DNA of 63,987 nucleotides, the filler included. It is 9 parts of 9 records of this genome, joined end to end, with 100 filler letters (N's around TTAATTAATTAA, not from the genome) between each part and the next. Parts side by side here need not be neighbours in the genome. Positions count along the whole stretch, not along the records: positions 58,465 to 63,987 come from DRR723986_22472; 8 more parts are not named here. One strand, 5' to 3'. Numbering within the stretch: the first letter of the stretch is position 1; each line of letters opens with the position of its first letter. The notes below the pieces were generated by a model. It saw only the letters and a list, made by a program, of their open reading frames with translations, made no database searches and had not been told where the DNA came from. Shown piece after piece: positions 59,901-63,987 of this stretch. Position numbers and translations under genes: made by a program.

Positions 59901-60614
59901 ATGCGTATATACGCCACGGCCATTGTGGCCGCCCTATTATCCACACCCGTCGCAGCTGTTGAATTTACAGGCGGCAGTATTGATGTCGGATATTCCCAAT
60001 TCACCGATAGCACGCAAGGACAGCGGTTTTCACTTGCTGGGTCTGCTGAGCTTGGTTTTACGCAAACCTTTGCAATGCAAGCAGATTTAGCCACGTATAA
60101 CTTTCAACAGACCAACATTTCAGGTCAAAACATGACCCTGCATGGGGTTTTTCATATTGATCCTGACGCGTCGCTTGGCGTGTTTTATGGGCAAGACAAC
60201 TTGAATTCAGCCAAGGCTGAGTATTTCGGAATTGAAGCAGGATATGATTTTGGCCGGATCGATTTAGAAGGATACCTCTCGCAAGGATCGCCCAAAGGCA
60301 TAGGGGGTTCAAACACAACGCTAGCTGGTGCTGAACTTCGGGGCGCTGTGAGCAACGACGTTTTTCTCAGTGCCAAATTTGATTACGTAGATGGGCCAGC
60401 GAACACCAGCTTGTCGCGTTTTAGTATGGGTGCTGATTACAGGTTTAACGACCAGGTATCCGTTTATGGCGAGCTGGGATCTGGCCGTGCCCAAGTAGCA
60501 AATGCAAGCGGGACAGAACCCTTTGTTGGCATCGGACTTCGGTTCAATCTTGGGACGGACCGAGGCACCACCTTTGGGCGTCGTGGACTGCTCGACAAAA
60601 TCCCAGGTCTCTAA
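59901..60614 (+). CDS. Porin-like outer-membrane protein, paralog 1
   Basis: Signal peptide VAA-VEFTG and amphipathic beta strands. Confidence 0.78.
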   Translation: MRIYATAIVAALLSTPVAAVEFTGGSIDVGYSQFTDSTQGQRFSLAGSAELGFTQTFAMQADLATYNFQQTNISGQNMTLHGVFHIDPDASLGVFYGQDNLNSAKAEYFGIEAGYDFGRIDLEGYLSQGSPKGIGGSNTTLAGAELRGAVSNDVFLSAKFDYVDGPANTSLSRFSMGADYRFNDQVSVYGELGSGRAQVANASGTEPFVGIGLRFNLGTDRGTTFGRRGLLDKIPGL

Positions 60615-60637
60615 ACTAGACAAGTTTTGCGGACATT

Positions 60638-60667
60638 CCCCCTCAGCGACCCTTCGCTGGGGGTTTT
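60638..60667 (+). terminator. Intrinsic terminator after porin 1
   Basis: CCCCTCAGCGA...TCGCTGGGGG followed by TTTT. Confidence 0.6.
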
Positions 60668-60774
60668 CCGCGTTTAAAACAAGACTCTTTACCTGATTCG
60701 CTTTCCCGCATACACAAGATCATAGAGCGCGAAAAGCGCCTGCGCAGATGCGCAAGGACTAAAGGAGCAGTCAA

Positions 60775-61485
60775 ATGAAAATGCGGGCGGTGGCGGCTAT
60801 GCTCGTCGCGGGGCTCATGCCTCAGGGGCTTGGTGCAGTGGAACTCACCGGGGCCAATGTGGATGTGTCCCATTATCAATTCACAAACAACTCCAAAGGA
60901 ACCCGACAAGCACTGCGCGGTTCGTTCGAGGTGGGCCTTGGTGACGCGGTCGCCACTCAGGTGGATCTGGGATATTACAAATTCGGTCAAAGCAACACGA
61001 GCGCGAATGCAGCGACAGTGCACGGGATCTACAACTTTAACTATGATGGGGCGATTGGCGCGTTCTGGGGAACCGAAAACGAACCATCACTGGACCGCAA
61101 TTTCTATGGGTTAGAAGCGACCTATGATTTCGCGAATGTCGGTGTCGAAGGATATTTCTCACGGGGCAAAGTAAACGGTCAGAACGCCACGATGCTGGGT
61201 GGTGTGATAGACAGCGACGTTGGCGACCGGCTCAACCTGCGCGCCTCGGTCGATTGGCTTGATAACAACAACGGGGCTAACATGACCCGTTTGGCGGTTG
61301 GCGCGGATTATGATTTCGGCAGCGGTGTTAGCCTGTATGGGGAGTTCGGCGGTGGCAATGCGCGCGTGTCGAATTCCAGCTCAAACGATGCGTTTGTCGG
61401 CATCGGTCTGAAATTCAATCTAGGTGAAAAGCCCGGCACAACGTTTGATCGTCGTGCGATTATCGACCGTCTGCCCGGCCTTTAA
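60775..61485 (+). CDS. Porin-like outer-membrane protein, paralog 2
   Basis: Colinear with paralog 1: VELTG, QVDLG, EGYFS.G, GADY.F, YGE.G.G.A, FVGIGL.FNLG...GTTF.RR....PGL. Confidence 0.8.
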   Translation: MKMRAVAAMLVAGLMPQGLGAVELTGANVDVSHYQFTNNSKGTRQALRGSFEVGLGDAVATQVDLGYYKFGQSNTSANAATVHGIYNFNYDGAIGAFWGTENEPSLDRNFYGLEATYDFANVGVEGYFSRGKVNGQNATMLGGVIDSDVGDRLNLRASVDWLDNNNGANMTRLAVGADYDFGSGVSLYGEFGGGNARVSNSSSNDAFVGIGLKFNLGEKPGTTFDRRAIIDRLPGL

Positions 61486-61491
61486 TAATGT

Positions 61492-61521
61492 AGATGCAGG
61501 CCAACACGCGGGCCTGCATCT
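61492..61521. terminator. Bidirectional terminator between porin 2 and dctM
   Basis: AGATGCAGGCC...GGCCTGCATCT, an 11-bp stem. Confidence 0.7.
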
Positions 61522-61529
61522 CTTTCGCT

Positions 61530-62933
61530 TTATTGTGCCAATCTGGGCAGGTAGAGCACGATACTTGGAAATGCCACCAAGAGAGCGATGGTAATACCAT
61601 CCGCGATAAAGAACGGCATAACCCCCCGGAATACATCCTGAACGCTCAGATCCGGGCGCACGCCTGCAACCACAAAACAGTTCAGACCAATGGGCGGCGT
61701 GATCAGGCAGAACTCGGCCATTTTCACCACCAATATCCCAAACCAGATCGCACACATGGTGCCTGACATGCCAAAGGCGCTGTCTGCGGCCGCAACTGAC
61801 TCTCCGCCGTTTAGGGCCATCACCGCAGGATAGACCACTGGCAACGTCAGCAAGAGCATCCCAATCGCGTCCATGAACATCCCCAACACGGCATAGGCCA
61901 ACAGGATGCACACAAGAATCAACATGGGCGACATGGTCAGCGAGGTGATCCAATCCGCAAATGCGCCTGGAAGATCTGCAAACCCAAGGAAGCGCACATA
62001 AATCAACACGCCCCAGATGATGGTGAAAATCATCACCGTCAGCTTGGCTGTTTCCAACAAGGCATTCTTGAGCTCGGTCCAGCGCATTCCATGATAAAGC
62101 GCCATCAGGAACACCACAAAGGCACCAAGCGCACCGCCTTCGGTCGGTGTGCCCCACGCGTCGCCGCCAAACGGATTGTAGACAAAGCAAATGATGATCA
62201 CGATCACAAAGACAATCGGCAGCGCACCAGGCAAGGATTCAAACCGCTGACGCCATGTGAACCCGGTGACTGGGGGGCCGACATTCTTAAAGATGACGGC
62301 GATACCTACGATCAGCAAAACATAGACAACAGCACTGAACGCGCCCGGAATGAATCCAGCCAACAACAGCTTGCCCACGTCTTGTTCAACGATGATCGCA
62401 TAGATCACCAAGATGGCTGAGGGTGGAATAAGCGAGGCCAGCGTTCCGGCGGCGGCAACCACCCCGGCTGCGAACCGTTTGTTATATCCAATCGCCAGCA
62501 TTTCCGGGATCGCGATCCGTGCAAACACAGCAGATGTGGCCACCGAGGCGCCAGATACGGCGGCAAACCCAGCCGTGGCAAAGACGGTAGACACCGCCAG
62601 CCCGCCGGGCACCCACGCGATCCAGCGTTTTGCCGCTTCGAACAGGGCTTTGGTCAGGCCAGCGTAGTACGCAAGATACCCGATCAGGATAAACGTGGGA
62701 ATCAGGCTGAGCGCCTGACTCGACACTTTGGAATGGGGCACCTGCCCGGCGATCTTGACCGAAACGGTGACAGCCTTGCCAAACTTGTCCGGCGCATAGC
62801 CAAACTTGGCCCAGAAGATCCAGACCAACCCAACAAGCCCCGCAAGACCAGCGGCAAAAGCCACCCGCATCCCCAGAACCACCATCAGTAGCAGGCCACC
62901 TGTGACCCATAGGCCAATATCAATTGAATCCAT
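61530..62933 (-). CDS. dctM: TRAP transporter large permease
   Basis: GTLASLIPPS, GTPTEGG and ITPPIG motifs. Confidence 0.93.
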   Translation of the reverse strand: MDSIDIGLWVTGGLLLMVVLGMRVAFAAGLAGLVGLVWIFWAKFGYAPDKFGKAVTVSVKIAGQVPHSKVSSQALSLIPTFILIGYLAYYAGLTKALFEAAKRWIAWVPGGLAVSTVFATAGFAAVSGASVATSAVFARIAIPEMLAIGYNKRFAAGVVAAAGTLASLIPPSAILVIYAIIVEQDVGKLLLAGFIPGAFSAVVYVLLIVGIAVIFKNVGPPVTGFTWRQRFESLPGALPIVFVIVIIICFVYNPFGGDAWGTPTEGGALGAFVVFLMALYHGMRWTELKNALLETAKLTVMIFTIIWGVLIYVRFLGFADLPGAFADWITSLTMSPMLILVCILLAYAVLGMFMDAIGMLLLTLPVVYPAVMALNGGESVAAADSAFGMSGTMCAIWFGILVVKMAEFCLITPPIGLNCFVVAGVRPDLSVQDVFRGVMPFFIADGITIALLVAFPSIVLYLPRLAQ

Positions 62934-62936
62934 GGT

Positions 62937-63566
62937 CTATTCCTGCCCTTCAAGCTGTTCAGCTTCGGCGGCAGCTTGGGCCACCGTATCTTGGATCAAC
63001 GGCACTGCAACTGGGTTGGCTAGGCCCAGAACACAGGCGCGCCCATAGCCCCAAACTTGCAAAACCAACCGCAGGCACAGCACTGAAAACGCAACAGGTG
63101 CCAACAATTTTGCAGGCCAGATTGGAATGCCGATATCGATTGAACTATCGCGGCTCCACAGTGGTGCACTGAAATCAAACGAACGTTGGAAATGCGCCCA
63201 GCTGCCCCACACCAGCGCCATCATCAGCACCAGTACGAGCAACACGGTCACCATTTCAACAAACCAGAGCGCACGCCCCTGCAAGCGGCCAACGACGATG
63301 TCCATGCGAATATGGCTGCCGTCCCGCTGCACGTAGGAAATCCCCATGAACGCAACCAAGGGCATAACCTGTTCGATCCAATCGACGTAGCCGGGCAACG
63401 GCATGTTCGCCGCATTGCGCCCCCCGACCGAGACCACGGCCAGAACCATCAGACTGAAAACCGCCAAACCGCTTAACAGAGCCAAAGCCTGTTCCAGCGA
63501 CAATAACCACCGGTCGAACCGGCTGAGTAAGCTCTGATCCTCCAGCACCGAGGCTTGTCCTGCCAT
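62937..63566 (-). CDS. dctQ: TRAP transporter small permease
   Basis: Four TM segments, HIRMD motif, PIWPAK. Confidence 0.9.
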   Translation of the reverse strand: MAGQASVLEDQSLLSRFDRWLLSLEQALALLSGLAVFSLMVLAVVSVGGRNAANMPLPGYVDWIEQVMPLVAFMGISYVQRDGSHIRMDIVVGRLQGRALWFVEMVTVLLVLVLMMALVWGSWAHFQRSFDFSAPLWSRDSSIDIGIPIWPAKLLAPVAFSVLCLRLVLQVWGYGRACVLGLANPVAVPLIQDTVAQAAAEAEQLEGQE

Positions 63567-63599
63567 AGCAGAACTCCTTTTTTGATATGTCAGAAGGAT

Positions 63600-63632
63600 A
63601 AAAAAAGCCGGGCGTTCAACACGCCCGGCTTT
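63600..63632 (-). terminator. Stem-loop with U-tract after dctP
   Basis: AAAGCCGGGCGT...ACGCCCGGCTTT. Confidence 0.72.
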
Positions 63633-63638
63633 GCAGCA

Positions 63639-63987
63639 TTAGTTGCCGCGCTGTTGCTTCAGCGTCGCCATGACCAGCTCATACAGATCCTGTGCAGGCA
63701 GGCCCTGTGCGCTCATGTCAGCGATCCACTTTTCACGGATCGGATCAGCGGCAACTTTGCGGAATGCGTCCAGCTCACCTTCGGCCAGCTCAACCTTGGT
63801 CACGTTCTTTTCTGTCAGAACGCTGTCCCATTTGTCCAAGAGCTTACCGTAGTTCTCAAGATAGTGGCCCACTGCGCCGTCTACTGAGCTATCCAGTGCC
63901 TCACGGTGCTCGGGGCTCAGCGCCTCATAGGCGTCGATGTTGACAACAACCGGGCAATTCACAGTGCCGGGGTTCAGGTTTGCGGTC
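63639..63987 (-). CDS. dctP: TRAP substrate-binding protein, C-terminal part
   Basis: VVN..AY..L..EHREAL and ADPIREKWI; upstream of dctQM. Confidence 0.82.
   Translation of the reverse strand, partial: TANLNPGTVNCPVVVNIDAYEALSPEHREALDSSVDGAVGHYLENYGKLLDKWDSVLTEKNVTKVELAEGELDAFRKVAADPIREKWIADMSAQGLPAQDLYELVMATLKQQRGN

Overview
This window is not one locus. It is nine unrelated contigs joined by eight 100-nt artificial spacers (N44-TTAATTAATTAA-N44). Gene content and composition suggest a mixed marine bacterial assembly; all taxonomy here is inferred, not database-checked. Contigs 1, 2 and 8 look Marinobacter-like: cfa and a TRAP transporter; siderophore uptake; B12 salvage with a cobalamin riboswitch. 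Contigs 3, 5 and 9 look Rhodobacteraceae/Roseobacter-like: a Hint domain, sufE, rnd, purMN; class I lysS, a tailspike-like beta-helix protein and parA; Fe-ADH, two porin paralogs and a TRAP transporter. Contig 4 looks Roseibium/Labrenzia-like: ugpB with Pho-like boxes, a GT29 sialyltransferase-like gene and imuA-imuB-dnaE2. Contigs 6 and 7 look like an FCB-group organism of about 50% GC: a HipA-like kinase, PPK2, a clan GH-A hydrolase, tandem T9SS cargo proteins, and a Cys-rich outer-membrane operon flanked by two Skp/OmpH genes. The best candidates for something undescribed are: (i) the Skp-flanked, Cys-rich four-gene beta-barrel/lipoprotein/PD40-OmpA operon at 42539-48731; (ii) an imuA-imuB-dnaE2 cassette whose only perfect LexA box lies inside the imuA coding sequence, and whose imuB-dnaE2 gap is bridged by a repeat-containing ORF overlapping both neighbours; (iii) a bacterial protein with eukaryote-type sialylmotifs; (iv) a bipartite intergenic motif shared by contigs 6 and 7. 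I saw no CRISPR array, tRNA, rRNA, transposase or integrase.
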